From a virus (lineage: Duplodnaviria > Caudoviricetes), in IMG/VR virus record IMGVR_UViG_3300032030_002802, positions 1 through 64,000 of that record: a DNA stretch of 64,000 nucleotides. One strand, 5' to 3'. A program made the translations under genes and the position numbers. The notes below the pieces were generated by a model. That model had not been told where the DNA came from, did no database searches, and saw only the letters and a program-made list of their open reading frames with translations. Shown in pieces: positions 18,718-27,510 of the stretch. How positions within the stretch are numbered: the stretch's first letter is position 1; every line of letters starts with the position of its first letter.

Positions 18718-19503
18718 ATGGACAACACGAGTTCAACAGCTGTCGCCAGCACGGTTTCTATCGGCTCGGTTGACATAGCCGGGATGCCGGAGATGAGGCT
18801 CAACGCGCCGGTGGTACTGGATGCAGGAAGCCTGTTCGACGCGTTCGCCATTTGCAGGATGTGCCTTCTCAGGATGCCGCTCGGCACGCTCGAGCGGCTT
18901 GCGCTGGACTACGTCCTGGTGGCCGACGAGACCGGCTTGGGCCGCAGGATCACGTACAAGGAGCTTGGCATGGCGCTGGGCCGCTGCGAGCATTCGGTCA
19001 AGGCGGCCGTCGCCGCCCTCCGCAAGGCGGGGCTGGTCATGACAGCCAGGACTGGTTACAGCGCGTCCGCCGTGTCGTTCACGGCCTCGCCGTTTGTGTC
19101 GTGGGCCATCGGCGTCCTCAAGCGCGCCGCGGCAAAACCGGCCGTTTCCGAAACGGCGGTTTCCGTTCACGCAGGCGTTGAATCCGTTTCCGGTTCCACG
19201 TTTTCCGTTTCCGAAAAGCCAGAACACGTTTCCAAACCGAGGCGTCCTCGTGCACAGGCCCTGGCAGCTAAAAAAGAGACGCAGACGCCTGCTCCGCCAG
19301 AGTCCGACGAGGGCCAGCCGGCCATCCTCGGGATGGCCGCGCCGTACGAAGGGGAGTTCGACAACTCCGAGGAGCTGGCCGACACCCTTAGGATCGCTGG
19401 CAGGTCTGCAGGGGAGGGCGCCGACGCGGACGACATCAGCTTCGGGTCTGAGACCGACGACACCGACATAGGCCGGGGCATCAGGATCAACCCGAACCTC
19501 TGA
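18718..19503 (+). CDS. Winged-HTH protein (replication-initiator-like or regulator)
   Basis: GGAGG RBS; ITYKELGMALGRCEHSVKAAVAALRKAGLV; acidic tail; only plausible + strand gene. Confidence 0.7.
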   Translation: MDNTSSTAVASTVSIGSVDIAGMPEMRLNAPVVLDAGSLFDAFAICRMCLLRMPLGTLERLALDYVLVADETGLGRRITYKELGMALGRCEHSVKAAVAALRKAGLVMTARTGYSASAVSFTASPFVSWAIGVLKRAAAKPAVSETAVSVHAGVESVSGSTFSVSEKPEHVSKPRRPRAQALAAKKETQTPAPPESDEGQPAILGMAAPYEGEFDNSEELADTLRIAGRSAGEGADADDISFGSETDDTDIGRGIRINPNL

Positions 19504-19505
19504 TA

Positions 19506-19544
19506 GCTAAAGAAAAGCGCACGGGTCTCTTTCACCCCGCACGC
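19506..19544 (-). terminator. Intrinsic terminator
   Basis: GC hairpin followed by TTTTCTTTAGC on minus. Confidence 0.6.
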
Positions 19545-19563
19545 ATAGGAAGGCAACCGCCTC

Positions 19564-19941
19564 TCACTTGATCGTGATTTCGACGGTCACCTGTGACGGC
19601 GCGCCCGCCGCCTGCGCGCCCTTGGGGGCGTACCGGCGCCAGCGGACACGCCGTACGACCTCGGCCAGGACGTCCCAGCCGAGCTCGTCGACGAGTTTCT
19701 TCATGCGGCCGTCGTTGCCGCATGCGCAGCGCCACCCATACGGGGTGTGGCCCGTGAAGGCCCTAATCACCCGCAGGAACGCCGCATCGTCTTGATACCT
19801 GTTCGCCAGCTCCACGAGCTTGCGCTCATGGAACTTGGCGATGAGCCGGTCGGCCTCTTCAATGTGCCGCCGGAGTTTGAAGGCCTCCCGGGATGCCCTG
19901 TTGAACTCCCGGTAGGCCTTTCGGATCTCTGCCGGAGTCAT
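19564..19941 (-). CDS. Hypothetical protein
   Basis: MTPAEIRK..., ATGA coupling. Confidence 0.6.
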   Translation of the reverse strand: MTPAEIRKAYREFNRASREAFKLRRHIEEADRLIAKFHERKLVELANRYQDDAAFLRVIRAFTGHTPYGWRCACGNDGRMKKLVDELGWDVLAEVVRRVRWRRYAPKGAQAAGAPSQVTVEITIK

Positions 19942-20372
19942 GCCTTCCTCCCGGCGACGCCCCGCAGCCAGCGGACGATACGCTGCCACAGAGTCGGCTT
20001 GTCCGGAGTCAGCAACTCCCACGGCAGGGCGTGGTTTATCCCCACGAACTCCGTCACCGGAGTCGAGGAGTAGTCCTTGCCCTCGAGCAACCGAGCAACC
20101 CTGTTAGCCTCGTCGGACCCGGCCGACCCCGGTTCCCATTGGTAGGCGTGGGAGTAATCCCCGCTCCGCCACTGGTGACCGAGGTAGGCTGTGCCCACCG
20201 TTTCCCCGTCGGCGTTTACGAGGTGCACCCGCATCCTGACCGATGCGAATGTTCCGGTGCCGGACCGGTAGACGGACCAGCTTCCCTCGTTTCGGAGGCC
20301 GTATCCGACCGCGGCCTTGAGGATCTTGTTTTGCTCGGCGATCCACTCTCCGATGGTTTTTCTCGTCTTCAT
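19938..20372 (-). CDS. Hypothetical protein
   Basis: AAGGA RBS, downstream of the repeated promoter motif. Confidence 0.7.
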   Translation of the reverse strand: MKTRKTIGEWIAEQNKILKAAVGYGLRNEGSWSVYRSGTGTFASVRMRVHLVNADGETVGTAYLGHQWRSGDYSHAYQWEPGSAGSDEANRVARLLEGKDYSSTPVTEFVGINHALPWELLTPDKPTLWQRIVRWLRGVAGRKA

Positions 20373-20449
20373 TGTTTGTTCCTTTCTGTTTGTTGGGTTG
20401 ACGAAAATCGATTAGCCCCTCTCGGGACTTTCCGGGGGTTACCAGTCCC

Positions 20450-20489
20450 CATTATATGTAATAACCCGAAACGGCCCGTTTTTTAGCCC
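20450..20489 (-). promoter_or_regulatory. Repeated phage promoter-like motif, copy 1
   Basis: GGGCTAAAAAACGGGCCGTTTCGGGTTATTACATATAATG; one mismatch to copy 2. Confidence 0.65.
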
Positions 20490-20499
20490 CTGGCCGTGG

Positions 20500-20540
20500 G
20501 CTAAAGAAAAGGCCACGGGCGCTTGCGCCGCCCCGTGACC
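20500..20540 (-). terminator. Intrinsic terminator
   Basis: GGTCACGGG..CCCGTGGCC then TTTTCTTTAGC. Confidence 0.65.
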
Positions 20541-20561
20541 CTCCTCTGTCGGCGAGGCGCC

Positions 20562-20831
20562 TCACCGCATGGCCGAGCGGTCGGCCGCGCCTATCAGCTC
20601 GTGGATCAGTTCCGCGTCGTCGTAGAACTGGTCCGTGAACTTGGCGCCGAGCTCCTCTGCGGCCTGTCCCCAGAGCTGGGTGAACATGGCGACTTCTGAG
20701 GCTATCTCATTGCAGGCATACTGGCCTCTGGCGCAGTACGCCTTGAAGGTCTTCCCGCACATGCACATCGTCGTGCGCACCATCGGTGTCTTGCCGAGCT
20801 TTATTGGTTCGATCTTGATTGTCGTAGGCAT
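20562..20831 (-). CDS. Hypothetical protein
   Basis: MPTTIKIEP..., RBS. Confidence 0.65.
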   Translation of the reverse strand: MPTTIKIEPIKLGKTPMVRTTMCMCGKTFKAYCARGQYACNEIASEVAMFTQLWGQAAEELGAKFTDQFYDDAELIHELIGAADRSAMR

Positions 20832-20891
20832 TTTCCTGTCTCCTGTTTGCTTTTTGGTTTTGTTTCTGTTCTGCCGCAGGTAATTCTCCGG

Positions 20892-20931
20892 CATTATATG
20901 TAATAACCAGAAACGGCCCGTTTTTTAGCCC
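20892..20931 (-). promoter_or_regulatory. Repeated phage promoter-like motif, copy 2
   Basis: Near-identical to 20450-20489; degenerate third copy near 22840-22870. Confidence 0.65.
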
Positions 20932-20944
20932 AGGTCCGATGGTG

Positions 20945-20995
20945 GCTAAAAAAAGGCGCGCGGGGGAGAAAGGAATTGAAATCCCCCCGCGCGCC
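20945..20995 (-). terminator. Intrinsic terminator
   Basis: GGCGCGCGGGGG..CCCCCGCGCGCC then a T-run ending TAGC. Confidence 0.7.
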
Positions 20996-20999
20996 AGGC

Positions 21000-21296
21000 C
21001 TACAGTCCGGCCACTCCTGCCGGGTTGAACCCGTCCGGCAGTGTCGGCCCCCCGGGCACGTTCGGGGGTGTCGGCAGCGTCGGTGCGGCCGCCGCGGCCG
21101 CCTCTCTGGCACGCGCCGCGTCCAGCAGCGCCACGCTGTCCGGGTCAGGGACCCACTCTGTTATCACGTGGTCCGAGTCCATGACAGGGCGGAGCTGCAC
21201 TATCGCCGTCCCGTAGTTCCCCAGGATGATCGCGCGGGGATTCTGTGGGACGGGGCTGAACAGCTTCGCTCCGAGGCGTCTCAGGAATCCGCGCAT
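21000..21296 (-). CDS. Hypothetical protein
   Basis: MRGFLRRL..., GGAGG RBS. Confidence 0.55.
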   Translation of the reverse strand: MRGFLRRLGAKLFSPVPQNPRAIILGNYGTAIVQLRPVMDSDHVITEWVPDPDSVALLDAARAREAAAAAAPTLPTPPNVPGGPTLPDGFNPAGVAGL

Positions 21297-21649
21297 TTCG
21301 CGCCTCCCTTCGCCTTCGACCGCAGCCATGTCCGTACGTTGTCCGGGTCTAGCGGCGTGAACAGGAGCGTTGCCGCCCGCACGTCGCCGATCCTGTGCGT
21401 AGCACGGCCGTTGTCGGCCATGAACACGCGCACCCTCTCGTCCTGGCCCTCGGACGCATCCCACTCGCCGTAGTCCACCGGGAACATTCCCGGAGCGTAC
21501 GGCGGCAGGTCCGGGTGCGGGGTCTTCGTCCCGTCCCGGTCTTCAAGGAGGAGCCGCCCTCCGGCCACCAGCTGGTAGCCTCCGGCGTGCTCCACCTTGA
21601 GAAGGTGGCAGCGCAGCCGCGTCACCACCACTTCGGTTTCGGTCGTCAC
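21281..21649 (-). CDS. Hypothetical protein
   Basis: GTG start overlapping the upstream stop. Confidence 0.55.
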   Translation of the reverse strand: MTTETEVVVTRLRCHLLKVEHAGGYQLVAGGRLLLEDRDGTKTPHPDLPPYAPGMFPVDYGEWDASEGQDERVRVFMADNGRATHRIGDVRAATLLFTPLDPDNVRTWLRSKAKGGAKCADS

Positions 21650-21900
21650 CACGGCCGCATCCTCCTTTCCGCGGCATTGCCTGCCGTCGGCGGCCTGCGG
21701 TGCATCGCGCGCCACAGGTCCACCTCGGACAGGCCGAGCGCCTCGCGGATCGCGCCGGCCTTCCCGGGCATCGGCAGTTTCCTGCCAGACTCCCAGTACG
21801 ACACGGTGCGCCCGCTTACGCCCAGGACCCGCCCCAGCTCGTCTCTCGACAAGCCGAGGCGGACCCGCGCCTCGCGGATGGGACTCTCGTTAGAGCCCAT
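21646..21900 (-). CDS. XRE-family HTH protein
   Basis: IREARVRLGLSRDELGRVLGVSGRTVSYWESG. Confidence 0.85.
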   Translation of the reverse strand: MGSNESPIREARVRLGLSRDELGRVLGVSGRTVSYWESGRKLPMPGKAGAIREALGLSEVDLWRAMHRRPPTAGNAAERRMRPW

Positions 21901-22687
21901 CCACTTCACCCGGGTTGAAGGACGCCTTGGGGTGCTTCCTGCGGTCGTGCCCGTTCTCGACCCAGAACAGGCCGGTTGTGTCATGGTCGTCGATGTGCCC
22001 GAGCCAGAAGCCCGGGTTGAACACGACCACGCTCGCCTTCAGGGTTGCGTCGAACGGCACGGCGGCAAGGCCGCGCGGGGCAAGCGGGCCGTTCAGCCAC
22101 GCCCACTCCTGGGGAAGCGGCTTGGCGGCCGCCACCGGCACGATGCAGAACGCCGAGGGCTGCAGGAACTGCGGAATCGGTCCGTCATTGTTGGAGATGG
22201 CGTCGAGCGCCTTCTCCGTGAACTTAGACAAATCGGCCTTTTCGGCCTCCTCGTCTAAAGTCCACTTGCCGCCGCACGTGCAGGAGCCGTGCGCCCTGAG
22301 CACGGCCATTCCGGCCGCCTCCCTCTGGATCTCGACCCCGCGCTTCCGGGCAGAGTCCTTGGCCTCCCAGACGGCCAGGGGCATGAGTACCCGCTTGCCA
22401 CAGTTTACGCATGTCACGTAGTGGCATGCCGTAACCTTTGGGATGCCGTTCGTCACGCGGCCGAACACGTAGTTGGCTGCAACTACGTGCCCGTCCTTGA
22501 TTGCCACCGCACGGCCGGTAGCGAGCCACCTAGCGTCAATGGCAGTCACGAACCGCCCCGACTGTGTCTCGTCGCGATCGAGCTCGATCGCGATTACCGT
22601 CTTGCCTTCAGGCACTTTCGAGGGTGCCGTCTTGATCTGGCCGTCAAGGGCGGCCAGCGCCTCGCTCATGATGTTGTTGTCCATCAT
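21890..22687 (-). CDS. Hypothetical protein with Cys motifs
   Basis: MMDNNIM..., CVNC and CTCG. Confidence 0.65.
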   Translation of the reverse strand: MMDNNIMSEALAALDGQIKTAPSKVPEGKTVIAIELDRDETQSGRFVTAIDARWLATGRAVAIKDGHVVAANYVFGRVTNGIPKVTACHYVTCVNCGKRVLMPLAVWEAKDSARKRGVEIQREAAGMAVLRAHGSCTCGGKWTLDEEAEKADLSKFTEKALDAISNNDGPIPQFLQPSAFCIVPVAAAKPLPQEWAWLNGPLAPRGLAAVPFDATLKASVVVFNPGFWLGHIDDHDTTGLFWVENGHDRRKHPKASFNPGEVDGL

Positions 22688-22863
22688 TTTTTCCTTCCAG
22701 TTCCACCTGGGATGCCTCCGGCACGGACCTCCCGTGCCGGTGGGCAGCAGTTGTGGCTTAGGTGGGTCGCCGCACTGCTTCCGCCTGTTCGGCCCCCGCA
22801 CACTCGTGCGGGGGCGCCGGGTAAGCGGTCCCCGTATAGATTATAGCGCGTAATACCCGTTTT

Positions 22864-23265
22864 TTAAGCCAGTTGTACCGCGGATTCCGGTATGCTGCGC
22901 GCGTCGTCGGGCAGGTGCTCGGCGGTCGCGTAGTGTTTTTCGGCGAGATGCAGGGCCCGGACGCGATACGTCTTCGTGCCCGTATCGGGGCTCCACCGGT
23001 ACTCCACGTAGTAGACGTGCCGCACGCGGGCCCCGCGGGCCACGTCGACGACGCCGCCCTCTCCCACCTCGTGCATGTTGCCCTCCGACATCAGCACCGC
23101 CAGTATGTCGCCCGAGTCGTAGTGCGTCCTGGCGTACTGCACGGCCTTCCGGAGGAGGGGTCTCATGTAGGCCTCCCCTCCGTCCTGGTTGTGCATGAGC
23201 GTCGTCTCGCGCCTCCCGCCCCCGTATATCAGCACGAGGGCGGGGCCGCAGTCGGAAAGGCTCAT
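22864..23265 (-). CDS. Hypothetical protein
   Basis: MSLSDCG..., GGAGG-like RBS, coupled. Confidence 0.55.
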   Translation of the reverse strand: MSLSDCGPALVLIYGGGRRETTLMHNQDGGEAYMRPLLRKAVQYARTHYDSGDILAVLMSEGNMHEVGEGGVVDVARGARVRHVYYVEYRWSPDTGTKTYRVRALHLAEKHYATAEHLPDDARSIPESAVQLA

Positions 23266-24080
23266 ATGACCGCCGGCGCCTCGAATCCGGTTCCGAACAC
23301 CCCGGTCCTGCACCCGGCGTCGTAGGCGTCCAGCGCCTTGCGCACACATGCCGTGGCCGCGTCGATGTCGAAGACGGCGAAGACGCCGCAGCGGGGCATT
23401 GGCCCCTTCTCGAGCGCGGCGATGCGCACCTGCGGGGAGTCGAACCCGTTCGCCGCTAGGACGAGGCGGATGAACGCCTGCTGCTCAGGGTAGTACAGTC
23501 CGGGCGCGGACCTGGCGAACGACGAGAGGTCGCTCGTGGTCTTGACGTCCACCGCGATGGTGGACCCTTCGTTGGCGTACAGGCTGTCGATCCGGCAGAG
23601 GCACGGCACTCCGGAGATGCTGGCCCTGAGGATCACGTTGCGCGCGTGCACGTACCCGGCCAGCGACTTGACGAACCCGTGCGTGTTGTACGCATGCGCC
23701 ATTTTCCCGAACATGTTGAACTGCGCGGTTGGCACGGGGATCTTGGGCTGCATGGCCTTCCACTCGACGAACGCCTTGGTGTCGGTGCCGTATGGCTTGC
23801 CGGTCTTGGGGTTGACGGGGCCGTCCGCCACGACGTACTTGGCCAGGAACTCCTCGGGCTGCATGCTCAGGAAGTCCGCCATGGCGCGTCCGGTGCTCAT
23901 GGCCTCGCTCAGCGCCGGCCGCAGCTCGCGGTCGTCCTGCATGGCCCTGAACAGGGCCGGGTAGTCGATGAGCCCGCCGATGTTCTCTGGCGTGATCACG
24001 GTGCGGCCCTCGGACGCGGCGAAGTATTCGTCCTGCGCCATCGGCACGTTTGCGCTTTCGATCTGTTTCGCGATGTCCAT
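23262..24080 (-). CDS. PD-(D/E)XK exonuclease (RecE/ExoVIII C-terminal, DUF3799-like)
   Basis: CRIDSL..AVDVKTT..YPEQQAF..EK. Confidence 0.75.
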   Translation of the reverse strand: MDIAKQIESANVPMAQDEYFAASEGRTVITPENIGGLIDYPALFRAMQDDRELRPALSEAMSTGRAMADFLSMQPEEFLAKYVVADGPVNPKTGKPYGTDTKAFVEWKAMQPKIPVPTAQFNMFGKMAHAYNTHGFVKSLAGYVHARNVILRASISGVPCLCRIDSLYANEGSTIAVDVKTTSDLSSFARSAPGLYYPEQQAFIRLVLAANGFDSPQVRIAALEKGPMPRCGVFAVFDIDAATACVRKALDAYDAGCRTGVFGTGFEAPAVI

Positions 24081-24081
24081 C

Positions 24082-24312
24082 TCAGCTTTCCTTCTTGGTT
24101 TCGTTGTTCTCCCCGGAATCCACGTCGACCGTGGTCTTGCTCGCCGGCACGTGCTTGCTCCGCCTGTTGTAGACGTACAGTCCGGCAGCCACCGCGGCCT
24201 CCAGCGCCAGGAGCACCGGCGCCGGGGTGAACACCGCCATGACGAGGGCCACGGCGGCCCCGCCGGCCGCGTACTTCGCGGCGTCCGGGATTTTAGCATC
24301 GGGTTTGTCCAT
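24082..24312 (-). CDS. Small membrane protein
   Basis: Hydrophobic hairpin. Confidence 0.55.
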   Translation of the reverse strand: MDKPDAKIPDAAKYAAGGAAVALVMAVFTPAPVLLALEAAVAAGLYVYNRRSKHVPASKTTVDVDSGENNETKKES

Positions 24313-24592
24313 AATTTGTCTCCGTTGTTGCGATTATCGTCCTGTCCCGCATCCTGTCTCGTTCGTGTTCCAGTATCCGGCCGAGCTGGTCGGCGCACGA
24401 AGTGCCGTTTCGGCACTCCACCCCCCGCAGCTTGGATATCGCGTCGTCCAGCTTCATCCCCGTCACGAGCCGGTGCAGCGCGTCCGCCTGTCCCCTGCAT
24501 CCGCCGTAGACCCGCACGTCGAGCACGGTCTCACCGTCGGTGTCCACGTCCATCATCCTGGCGCACACGCCCTGCGTGTAGTATCTCCGCAT
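24293..24592 (-). CDS. TSCPD-domain protein (TIGR03905-like)
   Basis: GVCA..GGCRG..LRGVEC..TSCADQL. Confidence 0.8.
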   Translation of the reverse strand: MRRYYTQGVCARMMDVDTDGETVLDVRVYGGCRGQADALHRLVTGMKLDDAISKLRGVECRNGTSCADQLGRILEHERDRMRDRTIIATTETNYGQTRC

Positions 24593-25047
24593 TGCTCCTC
24601 CTGTTCACTTGAACCGGGCGGCGAGGTCGGTGAACGCCCTCGCCGCCACGTATGCAACCTGCCCGTTTCCAAGGGCCTCAAGTCGGTCCACGACGTTGGC
24701 CACGCCATCAGCCACTCGACGAACTCCGGGTTCGTCCGCCCACCACCTGCATCGAACCGGCCGTCCGGCAGGATCCGGACGCGGCAGCTCAGGGGGATGT
24801 ACCGTCGCAGCAGCTGCGACGGCACCCCCTTGTTCCTCGCGTCCGAGCGCGTCGGAGTCGGCCAGAAGCCGAACCGCTTCATTGGGAGTGTAGCCTCCTC
24901 CCCGCGCTCCAGCCTCGCCACCGCCAGCTCCAGCGCCGCCAGCTCCTCCACGTGCAGGAAGTCCGCCTTTTCTGGCCAGTACCCATACCCGGTCCCTGAT
25001 GTGGGGGGCTCCGAGCTCGGCCGCGGAGAGACATTCCCATTCCGCAT
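24553..25047 (-). CDS. Alternate-frame beta-like subunit of C5 DNA methyltransferase
   Basis: WPTPTRSD...NPEFVEWLMAWPTSWT (motif IX-like) in a second frame inside the MTase. Confidence 0.6.
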   Translation of the reverse strand: MRNGNVSPRPSSEPPTSGTGYGYWPEKADFLHVEELAALELAVARLERGEEATLPMKRFGFWPTPTRSDARNKGVPSQLLRRYIPLSCRVRILPDGRFDAGGGRTNPEFVEWLMAWPTSWTDLRPLETGRLHTWRRGRSPTSPPGSSEQEEQCGDTTRRACAPG

Positions 25048-25486
25048 CGTACCCGAGCGCGTCAAGGTCCTGTAGGACGACGTCGAGCCCGAGCTTGACG
25101 AGGTCGGAGGAGTTCTCGGCGAAAACCCACTCTGGCTGCACCTCTCCGGTGATCCTGGCGAACTCGCACCAGAGGCACGACTTGGACCCGCGTATACCGG
25201 ACCTGTCGCCGAGGGGCGAGATGTTCTGGCACGGAAAGCCCCCACACAGTATGTCGCAATGGCCCTGCCACGGTCTCCCGTCAAAACTCCGTACGTCGTC
25301 CCATATGGGGAACGGAGCCAGGGTCCCGTCGTTCTGCCTTGCGACGAGGACCTCCCTGCAGAACCCGCTGGTCTCGACGGCGCATACGGTGCGCCATCCG
25401 AGAAGTAGTCCGCCGAGCAGTCCTCCGCCCGCTCCGGCGAACAGGTGGATAGCGCGAGGGCCCTGCTGATCGTCCACATCGGTCAC
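24605..25486 (-). CDS. DNA (cytosine-5) methyltransferase, alpha-type
   Basis: LFAGAGG (I), GGFPCQ (IV), FAENS (VI), HIRDRVW (VIII), LGNGQV (X); GTG start. Confidence 0.92.
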   Translation of the reverse strand: MTDVDDQQGPRAIHLFAGAGGGLLGGLLLGWRTVCAVETSGFCREVLVARQNDGTLAPFPIWDDVRSFDGRPWQGHCDILCGGFPCQNISPLGDRSGIRGSKSCLWCEFARITGEVQPEWVFAENSSDLVKLGLDVVLQDLDALGYDAEWECLSAAELGAPHIRDRVWVLARKGGLPARGGAGGAGAGGGEAGARGGGYTPNEAVRLLADSDALGREEQGGAVAAAATVHPPELPRPDPAGRPVRCRWWADEPGVRRVADGVANVVDRLEALGNGQVAYVAARAFTDLAARFK

Positions 25487-25665
25487 TGGCCCTCCTTCCC
25501 CGGTTTCTCCTGAATCAGGTCCGGCATTGGCGCGTTCGGGCACATGTCGCCCCCGAGGACTCGGGCCAAGAATCCCGCCTTCGCGCAGCTGGGGTACTCG
25601 TCGTTCCCGAGCCACCCGACTTCGCAGTGTCCGCACTTGCGCCAGTCCTCGGGACAGGGCTTCAC
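25483..25665 (-). CDS. Small Cys-rich protein
   Basis: Coupled 60-aa ORF. Confidence 0.5.
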   Translation of the reverse strand: MKPCPEDWRKCGHCEVGWLGNDEYPSCAKAGFLARVLGGDMCPNAPMPDLIQEKPGKEGQ

Positions 25666-25928
25666 GGCTTCGCCCCCTTGCCCGGGTCCCGCCGCAGCCT
25701 AGTCGCGGCCGCGTTGGCGTGGGAGAACCACGTCTGCTCGTCCTCGGGCTCCCTGCCCCAGGCCGCGCACTCCCGGCAGTACTCCCTGTACGCGTCGTTC
25801 CGCGCCTCGAACAGCTTCCGCCCGGACCTGTTGATCAGCTCGGCGTGCCTGCGCCTCGGGCATTCCGGGCTCTTGGCGGGAGGGTTGTGCCCTCCCGCCC
25901 AGCCGTATATTGAGCTGCATGCGCCCAT
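25662..25928 (-). CDS. Hypothetical protein
   Basis: MGACSSIY..., coupled. Confidence 0.5.
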   Translation of the reverse strand: MGACSSIYGWAGGHNPPAKSPECPRRRHAELINRSGRKLFEARNDAYREYCRECAAWGREPEDEQTWFSHANAAATRLRRDPGKGAKP

Positions 25929-26968
25929 TACTTCCCGTCCTCCCTGGCCTGCGGCGCGGCCTCGGGCTGCTCCGGCTGCGTCGGCTGGGTCTGCTGCTTC
26001 GGGAACGGCTCCCCGACCAGGGCCTCGTACAGTGCCAGCATGTTCTCGCGCGGGATGTTGTGGCACCCGATCTTGATGTGGTCGCCGGTGTACGAGATGA
26101 TGGTGTAGAAGCCGATCTTCATCGCGCGCATGTCCTTTCCGGCGGCCCACGCCTTCAGGAGGACGCGGGCCTCCCTGGCGTCGACCCGCACTCCCTTGGA
26201 CGTGCGCAGCTCGTCCCCGTCGACCCACACGTACGCGTCGTCGCGCTTGAGCTTCGACCGCAGCAGCTGCCTTTGCTCGCGCGTCAGCTTGTACTTCGGG
26301 CTGTCGTAGCGGTCGTCGCACAGCGCGCGGACGAACTCGCAGTAGTCCGCTCCGCTGCGGTCCTTCACGTACTTCGCGAACAGCGCCCTGGTCTCCGCCG
26401 CGCGCTTGACGGCCTCCTTCCGGTTCCTCGCCTGCAGCTCGGCCGCGGCCTTCCCGATGTCGATGTCCTCGAACCTCCTGAACCGCCTGTCCCGGAGCGG
26501 CTTGGCCCACTCCTCGGCCGCGCGGTCGAGCAGCGTCCTGCGCGCCCGCATGAGCCGTATGAACGTGTCTCGGTCCTTCCTGGTGTTGAGGCACTCGGCG
26601 TAGAGCTCCAGCTCACGCAGGAAGTTCCCGGCGAGCTCCTTCGGGTCGAGGTCGCCCCGCCCGCGCTCCAGCGGCACGGCCACCGCGTCGAACGGGCTTG
26701 CCGACCTCAGGTACGAGGTGTGGCGGCAGGTGGTGCTGGACATGGCGTGGAACGACGTGAGCGTCAGTCCGCTGCTGGGGTCGGACGTCTTCACGTCCCT
26801 CTGCTTCCTGCCCTTGGCCGGGATCACCAGGGCGACGAGCGTGGAGTAGCTCATCGCCTTGTTGCCGTCGTAGTTCAGCGTGCAGCCGGAGTATTCCTTG
26901 GCCAGGCCGTGGTTGACTCCCTTGTAGTAGAAGTCGTGGGCCTGCGTCTGGTTTGAATGCGATGCCAT
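25928..26968 (-). CDS. Hypothetical phage protein
   Basis: 346 aa, RBS, GC3-rich codons. Confidence 0.75.
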   Translation of the reverse strand: MASHSNQTQAHDFYYKGVNHGLAKEYSGCTLNYDGNKAMSYSTLVALVIPAKGRKQRDVKTSDPSSGLTLTSFHAMSSTTCRHTSYLRSASPFDAVAVPLERGRGDLDPKELAGNFLRELELYAECLNTRKDRDTFIRLMRARRTLLDRAAEEWAKPLRDRRFRRFEDIDIGKAAAELQARNRKEAVKRAAETRALFAKYVKDRSGADYCEFVRALCDDRYDSPKYKLTREQRQLLRSKLKRDDAYVWVDGDELRTSKGVRVDAREARVLLKAWAAGKDMRAMKIGFYTIISYTGDHIKIGCHNIPRENMLALYEALVGEPFPKQQTQPTQPEQPEAAPQAREDGK

Positions 26969-26980
26969 TGCTTCCTTCCT

Positions 26981-27193
26981 TTACTCTTGTCCGTACTTTA
27001 CCTGGTGCTTCCCGACGTACCTGGGGGTCGACAGCGCGTCGGCAACGTACTTCGCCAGACCAGGAATGTGCCAGCTCGGGCACTCGGCCTCTGTCCTGCC
27101 GAAGTTGTCGAAGACGTAGTCGTAGATGACCTGCTCGACCTTCTTCGCTAGGCGTCTCCTGTCCGCCCTGTCCTTCGGGGTCTTGCTAGGCAT
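26981..27193 (-). CDS. Hypothetical protein
   Basis: GGAGG RBS, 70 aa. Confidence 0.6.
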   Translation of the reverse strand: MPSKTPKDRADRRRLAKKVEQVIYDYVFDNFGRTEAECPSWHIPGLAKYVADALSTPRYVGKHQVKYGQE

Positions 27194-27497
27194 TGCCGGC
27201 CTCCATCCTGCGCACGTCCGCCAGTATCTTGTCCGCCGATCCGTTCTTCGGCAGCACCTCGCCGTCCCACAGCACCAGCGTCGACAGCACGCATCCCAGC
27301 TGGAACATGGCCGCCCGGAAGTCGAACGCGACTCCGGCGTCCCACCCGTTCCTGTCGCAGCAGGCGATGAGCTCGTCGATGTCCAGCGAGTGCTTGTCGA
27401 GGAACCGCGCGATGTCGTCGCGCAGCGCGTGTACCTTGGCCAGGCCCTCCCTGAGCGCCTGGTCCGGGTCGTCTTGTCTTGTCTGCTTGTCCTTCAT
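27186..27497 (-). CDS. Hypothetical protein
   Basis: AAGGA RBS. Confidence 0.65.
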   Translation of the reverse strand: MKDKQTRQDDPDQALREGLAKVHALRDDIARFLDKHSLDIDELIACCDRNGWDAGVAFDFRAAMFQLGCVLSTLVLWDGEVLPKNGSADKILADVRRMEAGNA

Positions 27498-27510
27498 GTG
27501 GTCCTTTCGT

